Source of the DNA: Candidatus Eiseniibacteriota bacterium | Lineage (GTDB): Bacteria > Eisenbacteria > RBG-16-71-46 > SZUA-252 | Direction: 5' to 3' | Length of the DNA stretch: 64,000 bases | NCBI GenBank assembly: GCA_963724515.1 | Contig: CAVRUU010000009.1 | Span: forward strand, 63,219-127,218 | In this document: piece by piece, positions 44,139 through 52,864 of the stretch | How positions within the stretch are numbered: position 1 is the first letter of the stretch | Layout of the letters: every line of letters begins with the position of its first letter | The notes under the pieces: generated by a model | The model's input: the letters and a program-made list of their open reading frames with translations, nothing else | Databases searched by the model: none | What the model was told of the DNA's origin: nothing | Position numbers and translations under genes: made by a program

Positions 44139-45473
44139 TCACGCGGACCTCGAAGCCGGCGCGGCGCGGGGGGCGCATGGCGGCTCGCCGTAGTAGGTCT
44201 TCGTCGCGACGCCGATCTTCTCGAGGAAGCTCGTGGGGAGATCGCCTCCGATCAGGACGAAGACGTGATCATTGGGAATCCACTGCTCGCCCGAGTCCGT
44301 CCGGAGCAGGACGCGGTCCTTCTCGATGAGGCGCGCCTCCGACCGGAGCACGACCTGAAGCGATGGTCCGCGAAGCTCCTCCAGCCGTGCCAGATTTGCC
44401 TCCGCGATCCGGGTGAAGCGGTCGCCGCGGTAGCTCAGCACCACCTGGGCGCCGGCGTCCGCGAGCGAGATCGCGGCCTCGAGCGCGCTGTTGCCCCCTC
44501 CCACGACCAGCGCGCGCCGCGCCGCGAATTGTTCGGGCTCGATGAGGCGATACGCGACCTTGGAGCTCTCCTCCCCGGGGATGCCCAGCTTGCGGGGACT
44601 GCCGCGTCTTCCGGTCGCGAGAACGACGCGGCGCGCGAGGGTCTCGCCGCCGCTCCACTTCAAGCGGAACACGTCTCCGACGCGTTCGATTTCCGAGACG
44701 CGGACGCCTCCGCGCAGCTGGAGATCCGCACGGCCAACCACGTGGCTCCAGTACTCCACGAGGTGCTCCTTGCTGATCTCGCGAAAGTCCATCGTTCCGA
44801 CGATCGGGAGTTTGACCGGGGCGGTCATCACGAGCTTGCGGCGCGGATAATGATGGACGCTTCCACCCAGTCCCTCCTGATCGAGGATGAGATGGCTCAT
44901 CCCACGCTCCCTGCACGCCAGCGCGGCGGCGATGCCGGCGGGACCCGCCCCTACGATCGCGACCTCCACCGCGCTCGCGTGGCGGCCGGGGCTCGCGCTC
45001 AGCCCGCGGACGACGTCGATTCCCTGGGAGACGGCCGTTCGAATGAGACCGAACCCCCCGAGCTCGCCGGCCACGTAAATCCCGCGGACGCTGGTCTGAA
45101 GGTCCTCGCCGAGAAGGGGCACGAGCACGCCTCGTGTGGCGGTGCCGAAGACGAGCTCGATCGCCAGCGTCGGGCAGACGGTCTTGCAGCGGCCGTGTCC
45201 CACGCAGTGGGACGCGTTCACGAGTCGGGCGCGCCCGTCGATGACGCGAAGGACGTCCTCCTCGGGGCAGGCCTCGACGCAGCTGCCGCATCCGATGCAG
45301 AGGGATGGATCGATGCGCGGGTGAAGGGACGGCGGATCGTCGAAGCCCATGGCTCCGGCGCGCGCGACCGCCCTCCTCGCGCTGCGCTGGCGCAGGTATT
45401 CGAATCCCACGCCGGCCGCAGCCACGGAGGCGAGAGACGCGACGACCGAGGCCGTCGTGAAATCAATCGTCAC
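44139..45473 (-). CDS. membrane-anchored 2x[4Fe-4S] ferredoxin domain fused to an FAD/NAD(P)-dependent (thioredoxin-reductase-like) oxidoreductase
   Basis: 444 aa. GTG start preceded by AAGGAG. N-terminal TM followed by an Arg-rich stretch. CIGCGSCVEACP and CVGHGRCKTVCP. Dinucleotide motifs VAIVGAGPAG and LVVGGGNSALE. Confidence 0.8.
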   Translation of the reverse strand: MTIDFTTASVVASLASVAAAGVGFEYLRQRSARRAVARAGAMGFDDPPSLHPRIDPSLCIGCGSCVEACPEEDVLRVIDGRARLVNASHCVGHGRCKTVCPTLAIELVFGTATRGVLVPLLGEDLQTSVRGIYVAGELGGFGLIRTAVSQGIDVVRGLSASPGRHASAVEVAIVGAGPAGIAAALACRERGMSHLILDQEGLGGSVHHYPRRKLVMTAPVKLPIVGTMDFREISKEHLVEYWSHVVGRADLQLRGGVRVSEIERVGDVFRLKWSGGETLARRVVLATGRRGSPRKLGIPGEESSKVAYRLIEPEQFAARRALVVGGGNSALEAAISLADAGAQVVLSYRGDRFTRIAEANLARLEELRGPSLQVVLRSEARLIEKDRVLLRTDSGEQWIPNDHVFVLIGGDLPTSFLEKIGVATKTYYGEPPCAPRAAPASRSA

Positions 45474-45516
45474 GGTCAGCTCCTTGCGAGGCTATGGAAC
45501 GGATGGGGTCCCCCAC

Positions 45517-45526
45517 GGTGAAATGC
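45517..45526. repeat. 10-nt direct repeat GGTGAAATGC, copy 1, in the leader of the 45473 operon
   Basis: Exact 10-mer also present at 45638-45647. Both lie in the 225-nt intergenic region upstream of the operon (GCATTTCACC on the operon strand). Confidence 0.5.
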
Positions 45527-45637
45527 TGCAACGTACATGCCACAGAACGCGGCGGGGAGCCCCCTCGCAACGTGATTCATGACAAGCGGAAGCGGACCGG
45601 GGGCCGTCCGGAGACAAGCGGCGTGCGCGGGACGAGT

Positions 45638-45647
45638 GGTGAAATGC
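45638..45647. repeat. 10-nt direct repeat GGTGAAATGC, copy 2
   Basis: Exact copy of 45517-45526, 121 nt away. Confidence 0.5.
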
Positions 45648-45698
45648 ACGCCGGGGTTCAGCCGCGCCCCACACCGTACTGAAGGACGAGGGCTGTGC

Positions 45699-46157
45699 TT
45701 ATGACTTCCGACGTAGCGGCTTCTGGAATTTGTGCTGCGACTTCACGATGGTATAGCCGAGATTCTGGTAGAACTTGTGCGTCTCGAGCCGGATGGTGTT
45801 CGAGCGAAGGCACATCTGTGTATAACCCCGCTCTCGCGCCCACGTCTCGGCGGCCGCCATGAGGGAGCGGCCGATGCCCCGGCCGCGCGCGCTCGAATCC
45901 ACGACCAGCCCGCCCACTTCGGCCGCCCCCTCCGACTCCATGAGGTGGCGCCCGAACACGTGCAGCCATCCCCAAACCCGGCCGTCCGGGTCCGAAGCGA
46001 CGAGTACCCGAGAGTCGGGATCCCCCTCGATAGCCCGGAACCGCGCCTCGATCTGGGCGGGTGTCGAGGGGTAACCCAGCTCGCCGGCAAGGGCCGCGAC
46101 CTGCTCCACGTCATTCCCGGTCATCCCGCGCACGGTCGTTGCTATACTGCCGCTCAT
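45699..46157 (-). CDS. GNAT-family N-acetyltransferase
   Basis: C-terminal 152 aa of ORF 45699..46310, from MSGSIA. Acetyl-CoA motif VVDSSARGRGIGRSLM and C-terminal FYQNLGY. Confidence 0.85.
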   Translation of the reverse strand: MSGSIATTVRGMTGNDVEQVAALAGELGYPSTPAQIEARFRAIEGDPDSRVLVASDPDGRVWGWLHVFGRHLMESEGAAEVGGLVVDSSARGRGIGRSLMAAAETWARERGYTQMCLRSNTIRLETHKFYQNLGYTIVKSQHKFQKPLRRKS

Positions 46158-46614
46158 GAAGCGCGTTCCCTCAGGGTATTGGATCGCTTTCGCCGCGGCG
46201 GCGGTTGTATCCGTTTTCTCCTCGGCCCAGTGCGCGCAGGACACGAGCCGGCTCACGCCGGAGCAGGAGGCGCGGTTGGGCAAGGAGGGGGTGTTGCGCC
46301 GCGCGGACAACGTCGTCTTCCACTACACGCGCGATCACGGATATCGCAGGGAAGAGACCCGCGAGTACCGGCGCGCGTCCATCATCGTCACGCCGCGCTC
46401 CGTCCTCATCCACAAGAACGAGAAGGTCGGACTCGAAATCCTCCCCGGATCCCAGCGCTCCTACGACGTGCACCGGCGCGCGACACGCGTTCTGATCCAC
46501 GCGGGAGGCGAGAAGACCGGGGAGTTGTGGTCCTTCGAGCCATCCACGGACGCCGAGGGCTGGACCCGCGACATCCGCGCGGTGATCCGGAGCGGTCCCG
46601 CTACCGGAGGGTAG
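46156..46614 (+). CDS. hypothetical secreted protein
   Basis: 152 aa. Signal peptide (WIAFAAAAVVSVFSSAQ). No motif recognised. Its start codon overlaps the divergent GNAT start (CATG). Confidence 0.5.
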   Translation: MKRVPSGYWIAFAAAAVVSVFSSAQCAQDTSRLTPEQEARLGKEGVLRRADNVVFHYTRDHGYRREETREYRRASIIVTPRSVLIHKNEKVGLEILPGSQRSYDVHRRATRVLIHAGGEKTGELWSFEPSTDAEGWTRDIRAVIRSGPATGG

Positions 46615-46619
46615 CGAAG

Positions 46620-46943
46620 CTACCGCAGCGAGGCAAGCGAGGCGGTGATCCGGCCCATGATCGCGGGCCATCCGGCGTACGCGAGAAATCCGGCGACCGT
46701 CGCGAGCAGGATCACCGTGAGAATCCAGTAGAGGCGCTCCCGGACCCGCTTTGCCTGGTCCAGCTCGTAGTAGCGCCACAGGAGCTCGGCCTTCTCTTCG
46801 GGGGTGAGGGGCCTGCGGAGGAGCAGCTTCTGGACGACCTTGGGTAGGCGCTTTTGATCCCCGCGGTACCTCCCATCCCATTTGGGCAGGGGCAGGTCGG
46901 GTCGCGTCGGATCGATCTCGAGTCCCTTCTCGTGCTTGTCCAT
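46620..46943 (-). CDS. hypothetical single-pass membrane protein
   Basis: 107 aa. Charged N-terminal half, then one TM (LYWILTVILLATVAGFLAYAGW). Confidence 0.45.
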   Translation of the reverse strand: MDKHEKGLEIDPTRPDLPLPKWDGRYRGDQKRLPKVVQKLLLRRPLTPEEKAELLWRYYELDQAKRVRERLYWILTVILLATVAGFLAYAGWPAIMGRITASLASLR

Positions 46944-47016
46944 TTACCCTCGCGGGCGGAACGATGGAATCGCGCGCAACCGCCAGTCCTCGTCGCGCGT
47001 AGATGGTTGCGGGTGG

Positions 47017-47045
47017 TTGACGGGTGAGGCGCCCGACCTCAGAAT
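47017..47045 (+). promoter_or_regulatory. candidate sigma70-type promoter for the 47123 gene
   Basis: TTGACG (47017-47022), a 17-nt spacer, then CAGAAT (47040-47045), about 78 nt upstream of the ATG. Pattern match only. Confidence 0.25.
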
Positions 47046-47122
47046 GGCGGCTCCCGTAAACCCCAGCCCCCCCTGACCTATCCAAGCGTGGGTAAGCCGG
47101 CCCGGTCAACGAGAGGGGACTC

Positions 47123-49741
47123 ATGCCGTTCCGACTACCATCCAATATCGGTTCGAAGAGGGTCGCTCTTTACCGGGCCGGAGCGTTTTTTATCGTATCC
47201 CTCGCTCTGGCACCCGGTTCCAGCCAGGCTTCGTTCAAGTCCTTCGTCCCCGGCGGCGACGGCGTGGTGTTTCCCAGCGCAGCGGACGGAAGGGCGACCC
47301 CGGCGCCCTCGATCCAGGCTTACCACTTGTCCGGCGGCGAGCACATCAAGCTGGACGGGCGTCTCGACGACCCCGCGTGGGAGAAGGCGGAGGCGGGGGG
47401 CGGCTTCAAGGTCTGGGAGCCGGATCGGGGCACGATGCCGACCGAGGAAACCGTCTTCAAGGTCGCCTATGACGAGGACGCGGTCTACTTCGGGGTCGCC
47501 TGCCAGGAGAAGGACCCCTCCAAGGTGACGGCGCGGCTCTCCCGCCGCGATCGGTTCAGCAACTCCGATATCGTGAGCGTCTACATCGATCCCTATCTCG
47601 ATCACACGACCGGCTACAACTTCAAGGTGAACCCGCTCGGCGTGCTGCTCGACGGGTACATGTACAACGACGGGGACCGCGACGACAACTGGGACGCGGT
47701 CTGGGAAGCCCAGACCTTCCGCGACCAGGATGGCTGGTACGTGGAGATTCGCGTTCCGTTCTCCGCGATCCGGTATCGCACGGCCGAGTCGATGACGTGG
47801 GGCCTCGAGGTCTATCGCTACATGCACGGGCGCGGCGAGGATACGGCATGGGTGACCTGGGACCGGGCCGAGAAAGGCTTCGTGAGCCGCTTCGGGCAGC
47901 TCACCGGGATCCGGGGAGTGCCGTCGCCACGGCAGCTCGAGATCATGCCGTACGTGGTGGGGAGGGCCACCGACCCCTCGACCCTCGGCAAGGAGAAGGT
48001 CGACAAGTTCGAGAACGTGGGGGCGGATCTCAAGTACGGGGTCACCGCCGACCTCGCCCTGAACGCGACGGTGCAGCCCGATTTCGGGCAGGTCGAGGCG
48101 GATCCCGCCACACTCAACCTCTCGCCGTTCGAGACCTTCTACGACGAGAAGCGCCCCTTCTTCATCGAGGGGAGCCGCCTCTTCCAGCATCCGGACTTCA
48201 ATCTCTTCTACTCACGCAGAATCGGCACGGGAGATCCCAACTCACGCATCCGCTACGCTGCAAAGCTGACCGGGAAGGCGGCGGGTAACGCCACGATCGC
48301 CACTCTCATCGCCTCGAGCGACGTCACGGGACGCGGGCAGGCCCACAACCTCCTGAAGAACGGCGATCGGCTCTCGCGATTCTTCGTGGGCCGCTTCGGG
48401 AAGCAATTCAACGGCGGCCGCCAGCAGTTCAACATCATGGGGACGGCGGCCCTGAACACGGCGAACCGCGACGTGTTCGGCGAATTCGCCTCACGCGAAG
48501 CGTACACGTCCGGGGTGGATTTCGATCTCTTCTCGAAGAATCGCACCTACAACATCCAGGGATCGATGGTCAGCTCCATCATCGATCCCGAGGGCTCCGC
48601 GATCGATTCCACCGTCGACGGAGCGAAGCGCTACGGCTCGGGCGGGTCGCTCGATATCCGAAAAGTCGGAGGCAAGTGGCGGACGGGCGTGAACGGACGC
48701 TGGGAGTCCGCGAAGCTCGACATCAACGACCTCGGCTTCATCGAGTCGCCGGACGAGATGGGCTTCAGCGGGTTCATCACGAACATCTACAACCCGGAAG
48801 GGAAGAGCAAGACCTGGAACCAGGGAAACCTGAACCTGAACTTCTGGAAGAACTTTCTCTACGGCGCGCGCAAGGGATACGACATCAGCACCGGTCAGGA
48901 GGTCTGGGCCTACAGCCGCGGGCACAGGCAGTGGATGGGCGCCGAGCTGAACGGCTGGAGGCAGTTCCGGGACTACCGCGAGATCTGGTGGGGAACGAAC
49001 TACCAGAACGAGGGAACGCGCCGGTACGAGACCCGCGGCGGGCCTCTGATGCGCGAGCCGGCGACCTATGGCGGATGGCTCGGCTACAAGACAGACACCC
49101 GGAAGAGCCTGATCCTCTCGATCGAAGGGAACCATTTCCGCGACACGTCGCTCAATCACGACACGAACGGCACGTTCGGGGTCGTGTGGAACCAGAGCAG
49201 CGCCGTGAACCATGATCTCGAGCTCGAGTTTCACAACCGGCAGGACGACACGCAGTACCTGGCGACGGTGGTCTCCGCCTCTCATCCCGGAGCACAGGGG
49301 ATCGGCGGGCTGAGCTATCTCTTCGGGAGGATCCACCAGCAGACCGCGAGCCTCACGCTCCGGACAAATCTATTGTTCAGCCGCGACAAGTCGCTCGAGA
49401 TCTACGCCCAGCCGTTCATCACCGTGGGGGACTACAGTGAGGTTCGAGAGCTGATCCGGCCGGACTCCTACGACTTCATCCACTTCATGGATCCGGCAGT
49501 GAATCCCAAGGACTTCGACTTCAGCTTTACCGCGGTGAACTGGAACGTGGTCTACCGCTGGGAATACCGTCCGGGGAGTGCCTTCTTCCTCGTCTGGACG
49601 CAGAGCCGCTCGGAATTCGACGAGCGGGATTTCCACCCGACGCCGGGGTCGTTCAAGAACGATATACGGCTGAGCAGCCTCTTCCGGAACGAGGCCGAGA
49701 ACAAGGTCCTCGCCAAGCTAACGTACTGGTTCGCGATCTAG
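47123..49741 (+). CDS. CBM9-like domain plus DUF5916 outer-membrane protein
   Basis: 872 aa. Signal peptide. N-terminal region LDGRLDDPAWEKA..F...EP......T.FKVAYDEDAVYFGV.. typical of carbohydrate-binding family 9/DOMON-like modules. Long beta-rich C-terminus ending ..LTYWFAI. Confidence 0.65.
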   Translation: MPFRLPSNIGSKRVALYRAGAFFIVSLALAPGSSQASFKSFVPGGDGVVFPSAADGRATPAPSIQAYHLSGGEHIKLDGRLDDPAWEKAEAGGGFKVWEPDRGTMPTEETVFKVAYDEDAVYFGVACQEKDPSKVTARLSRRDRFSNSDIVSVYIDPYLDHTTGYNFKVNPLGVLLDGYMYNDGDRDDNWDAVWEAQTFRDQDGWYVEIRVPFSAIRYRTAESMTWGLEVYRYMHGRGEDTAWVTWDRAEKGFVSRFGQLTGIRGVPSPRQLEIMPYVVGRATDPSTLGKEKVDKFENVGADLKYGVTADLALNATVQPDFGQVEADPATLNLSPFETFYDEKRPFFIEGSRLFQHPDFNLFYSRRIGTGDPNSRIRYAAKLTGKAAGNATIATLIASSDVTGRGQAHNLLKNGDRLSRFFVGRFGKQFNGGRQQFNIMGTAALNTANRDVFGEFASREAYTSGVDFDLFSKNRTYNIQGSMVSSIIDPEGSAIDSTVDGAKRYGSGGSLDIRKVGGKWRTGVNGRWESAKLDINDLGFIESPDEMGFSGFITNIYNPEGKSKTWNQGNLNLNFWKNFLYGARKGYDISTGQEVWAYSRGHRQWMGAELNGWRQFRDYREIWWGTNYQNEGTRRYETRGGPLMREPATYGGWLGYKTDTRKSLILSIEGNHFRDTSLNHDTNGTFGVVWNQSSAVNHDLELEFHNRQDDTQYLATVVSASHPGAQGIGGLSYLFGRIHQQTASLTLRTNLLFSRDKSLEIYAQPFITVGDYSEVRELIRPDSYDFIHFMDPAVNPKDFDFSFTAVNWNVVYRWEYRPGSAFFLVWTQSRSEFDERDFHPTPGSFKNDIRLSSLFRNEAENKVLAKLTYWFAI

Positions 49742-49767
49742 CACGCGATCTGACGTAAGATCGGGGC

Positions 49768-50496
49768 GTGACGTCCTGGCTCAAGCCCTGGCCCGATGAT
49801 CCGGGCGAGCGCGCCCGCTACGCCGAATCGATCTTCCGGCGCGTCGCCCCCCGCTACGACATCCTGACCCGAGCCCTCTCGCTCGGCCAGGACGGCCGGT
49901 GGAAACGACGGCTCGCCGCGGAGGCGCGCGGCGCGGACGCGGACGCGCGCGTCCTCGACCTCGCCACCGGCACCGCCGCGCTCCCATTACTCATGCGGGG
50001 CTCGGGGCACCGCGGTCCGATCGTGGGCCTCGACCGGAGCGCCGAGATGCTCGCCCGCGCCCGCGTGAAATGCGCGCGCCTCGACGGGGTCCGGTTCCTC
50101 CGCGGCGATCTGAGCCGGCTCCCGTTCCGTGATCAGAGCTTCGATGCGATCACCATCGGCTACGGGCTCCGCTACCCCTCCGACCTGCCCGCGTTCCTCC
50201 GGGACGTCTTTCGCCTGCTCCGTTCGAGCGGACGCTTCCTGAGCCTCGACTTCGGGCTGCCCGCATCGGCCCCCTACCGCTCGCTCGCGCTGGGGTATCT
50301 CTTCGCCGCGGGCGCCTTCTGGGGATTCGCCCTCCACGGGCGCGCCGGCACCTACGCCCACATCGTGGAATCGCTGCGCGCCTACCCGGGGCAGCGCGCC
50401 CTCGCGGAGCTGATGATCGAGGCCGGATTTGCCGATATCTCGATCGAGGAGCACCTGGGCGGGATCGTGGCCACGATCACCGCACGCAAACCCTGA
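49768..50496 (+). CDS. ubiE: demethylmenaquinone/ubiquinone methyltransferase (class I SAM MTase)
   Basis: 242 aa. FRRVAPRYDILT..LSLGQDGRWKRR, SAM motif VLDLATGTA. UbiE/MenG-like throughout. GTG start. Confidence 0.8.
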   Translation: MTSWLKPWPDDPGERARYAESIFRRVAPRYDILTRALSLGQDGRWKRRLAAEARGADADARVLDLATGTAALPLLMRGSGHRGPIVGLDRSAEMLARARVKCARLDGVRFLRGDLSRLPFRDQSFDAITIGYGLRYPSDLPAFLRDVFRLLRSSGRFLSLDFGLPASAPYRSLALGYLFAAGAFWGFALHGRAGTYAHIVESLRAYPGQRALAELMIEAGFADISIEEHLGGIVATITARKP

Positions 50497-50536
50497 CCCG
50501 ATTTCGGGTATCCTGTGTTCGGGAGGGATCGCTGGA

Positions 50537-52858
50537 ATGACCTTGTTCGCCTTGCTCGTGATTCTCGCGCTCGTCGCGGCAGCCGTGCTCCTGGTCCCGG
50601 CGATCCGCCGTGTCACCGTAACCCCGTTCATCATGCGCGCCATGGCGCGGGCGCTTCCGCGCATGGGGGACACCGAGCGGATCGCGCTCGAGGCGGGCAC
50701 GGTCTGGTGGGACGGGGAGCTCTTCTCGGGGCGCCCCGACTGGAAGAAGCTCCTCGATTTTGAGTGCAAACCGCTGAGCGCTCGGGAACGCGCCTTCCTC
50801 GACGGACCGGTCGAGGAGCTCTGCGGCATGGTGGAGGAGTGGAAGGTCGAGAGGGACGGCGACCTTTCGGCCGAGGCGTGGCGCTTCATCAAGGAGAAGA
50901 AGTTCTTCGGGATGATCATTCCCGAGGAATACGGCGGGCTCGGGTTCTCGGCTCTCGCGAACTCGGCGGTTGTGACGAAGATCTCGAGCCGGAGCGTCGC
51001 CGCCGCCGTGACCGTGATGGTCCCCAACTCTCTCGGCCCCGCCGAGCTTCTCCTCCACTACGGGACCGACGAGCAGAAGCGCCGCTTCCTGCCGCGCCTC
51101 GCGACCGCGGAGGAGATCCCCTGCTTCGCGCTGACGGGCCCCGAGGCCGGGAGCGACGCGGCCTCGACGACGAGCCGGGGCGTCGTGACGCGCGGCCAGT
51201 ACCAGGGCAAGGATGTCCTGGGAATGCGGCTCAACTTCCGGAAGCGCTACATCACGCTCGGGCCGGTGACGACTCTCATCGGCCTCGCGTTCCGCCTCTA
51301 CGATCCCGAACACCTCCTGAGCGAGCGGGAAGACCTGGGCATCACCCTTGCCTTGATCCCGCCCGATCTGCCGGGAATCGAGATCGGGAAGCGGCACGAT
51401 CCTCTCGGCGTGGCGTTCCTGAACGGTCCCATTTACGGGCGCGACGTTTTCGTTCCCCTGGACACGGTCATCGGCGGCAAGGCGCGCGTGGGGCAAGGCT
51501 GGCAGATGCTGATGGCGAACCTGGCCGCCGGGCGCGGGATCTCGCTGCCGGGTCTCTCGACCGGCGCCGCACAGCTCTGCTCGCGGGTCGCCGGCGCCTA
51601 CGCGACGGTCCGCGAGCAGTTCGATCTTCCGATCGGACGGTTCGAAGGGATCGAGGAGCCGCTCGCGAGGATCGGCGGCATGACCTACGTCCTGTCCGGG
51701 GCGCGCGTCCTCACGGCGGGCGCGGTGGATGCCGGAGAGAAGCCGGCTGTGGTTTCGGCGATCATGAAGGCCTATTCCACGGAGGCGATGCGCACGGTCG
51801 TGAATGCCGCGATGGACATCCAGGCCGGCGCGGGAATCTCGCGGGGTCCCCGAAACACGCTCGCGCACGCCTACGCGTCCGTTCCGATCGGGATCACGGT
51901 CGAGGGCGCCAACATCCTCACCCGCACCCTCATCATCTTCGGGCAGGGGGCGATCCGCTGCCATCCGTACGTGCGGGCCGAGATGGAGGCGGTCGCCTCG
52001 AAGGACCTCGCGCGGTTCGACAGCGCGTTCTTCGGCCACATGGGCTTCATGGCTTCGAACGCGGCGCGCGGCTTCGGGCACGCGCTCACAGGCTCGCGGT
52101 TCGCGCGACCCACCGGCGTGTCCGGCCCCGCCGGCCGGTACCTGGCGCGGTTCACCCGCCTGAGCGCCGCGTTCGCGCTGGTCTCCGATGCCGCCATGGC
52201 GACACTCGGCGGGCAGCTCAAGCGCCGCGAGAAGATCAGCGGGCGGCTGGCGGACGCGCTCGCGTGGCTCTATCTCGGCTCGGCGACCGTCAAGAAGTTC
52301 TGGGATGACGGAAGGCCGGACCAGGACCTGCCGTTCATGGCGTGGGGAGCCGAGAAGGCGCTCTTCGAGGTCGAGACCGCGCTCGTCGGTGTGCTCGAGA
52401 ACCTGCCCAACCGCGCCGCGGCGTCGCTCCTCAAGCTGGTGATCTTCCCGCTCGGCTCGCGTCAGGGACCCCCGGGCGATGCGCTCGGCGCCAAGGTGGC
52501 TCGTGCGTTGCTCGACGATCGCGAGGAGCGCCTCCGCCTGACACGCGACATCTACGTGCCCCCGCCGGACGACCCTGGCCTCGGACGGCTCGAAGCGGCG
52601 CTCGACAAGGTGGTGGCGGCCGCCCCGGCAGTGCAGAGCGTCAAGACCGCGGTTCGGGCCGGGAAGCTCGCGCGCGAGCCGGATGGCACCCTCCTCGAGC
52701 GCGCCGTGAGGGCAGCCGTCATCGACGAGCCCGCCGCGAAGAGAATCCGCGAGGCAGAGAAGGCTCGCGACGACGCGATCCAGGTGGACGAGTTCGACAC
52801 GCCCCAGCGCCAGCATCATGCGCCCGGTTCGATCGAGGCGGAGGCTTCCCGGCGCTGA
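50537..52858 (+). CDS. fadE: large acyl-CoA dehydrogenase (FadE type)
   Basis: ORF 50429..52858. ATG at 50537 follows GGGAGGGA. N-terminal TM (LFALLVILALVAAAVLLV), then IPEEYGGLGFS, ALTGPEAGSDA and a length like E. coli FadE. Confidence 0.9.
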   Translation: MTLFALLVILALVAAAVLLVPAIRRVTVTPFIMRAMARALPRMGDTERIALEAGTVWWDGELFSGRPDWKKLLDFECKPLSARERAFLDGPVEELCGMVEEWKVERDGDLSAEAWRFIKEKKFFGMIIPEEYGGLGFSALANSAVVTKISSRSVAAAVTVMVPNSLGPAELLLHYGTDEQKRRFLPRLATAEEIPCFALTGPEAGSDAASTTSRGVVTRGQYQGKDVLGMRLNFRKRYITLGPVTTLIGLAFRLYDPEHLLSEREDLGITLALIPPDLPGIEIGKRHDPLGVAFLNGPIYGRDVFVPLDTVIGGKARVGQGWQMLMANLAAGRGISLPGLSTGAAQLCSRVAGAYATVREQFDLPIGRFEGIEEPLARIGGMTYVLSGARVLTAGAVDAGEKPAVVSAIMKAYSTEAMRTVVNAAMDIQAGAGISRGPRNTLAHAYASVPIGITVEGANILTRTLIIFGQGAIRCHPYVRAEMEAVASKDLARFDSAFFGHMGFMASNAARGFGHALTGSRFARPTGVSGPAGRYLARFTRLSAAFALVSDAAMATLGGQLKRREKISGRLADALAWLYLGSATVKKFWDDGRPDQDLPFMAWGAEKALFEVETALVGVLENLPNRAAASLLKLVIFPLGSRQGPPGDALGAKVARALLDDREERLRLTRDIYVPPPDDPGLGRLEAALDKVVAAAPAVQSVKTAVRAGKLAREPDGTLLERAVRAAVIDEPAAKRIREAEKARDDAIQVDEFDTPQRQHHAPGSIEAEASRR

Positions 52859-52864
52859 CGTGAT

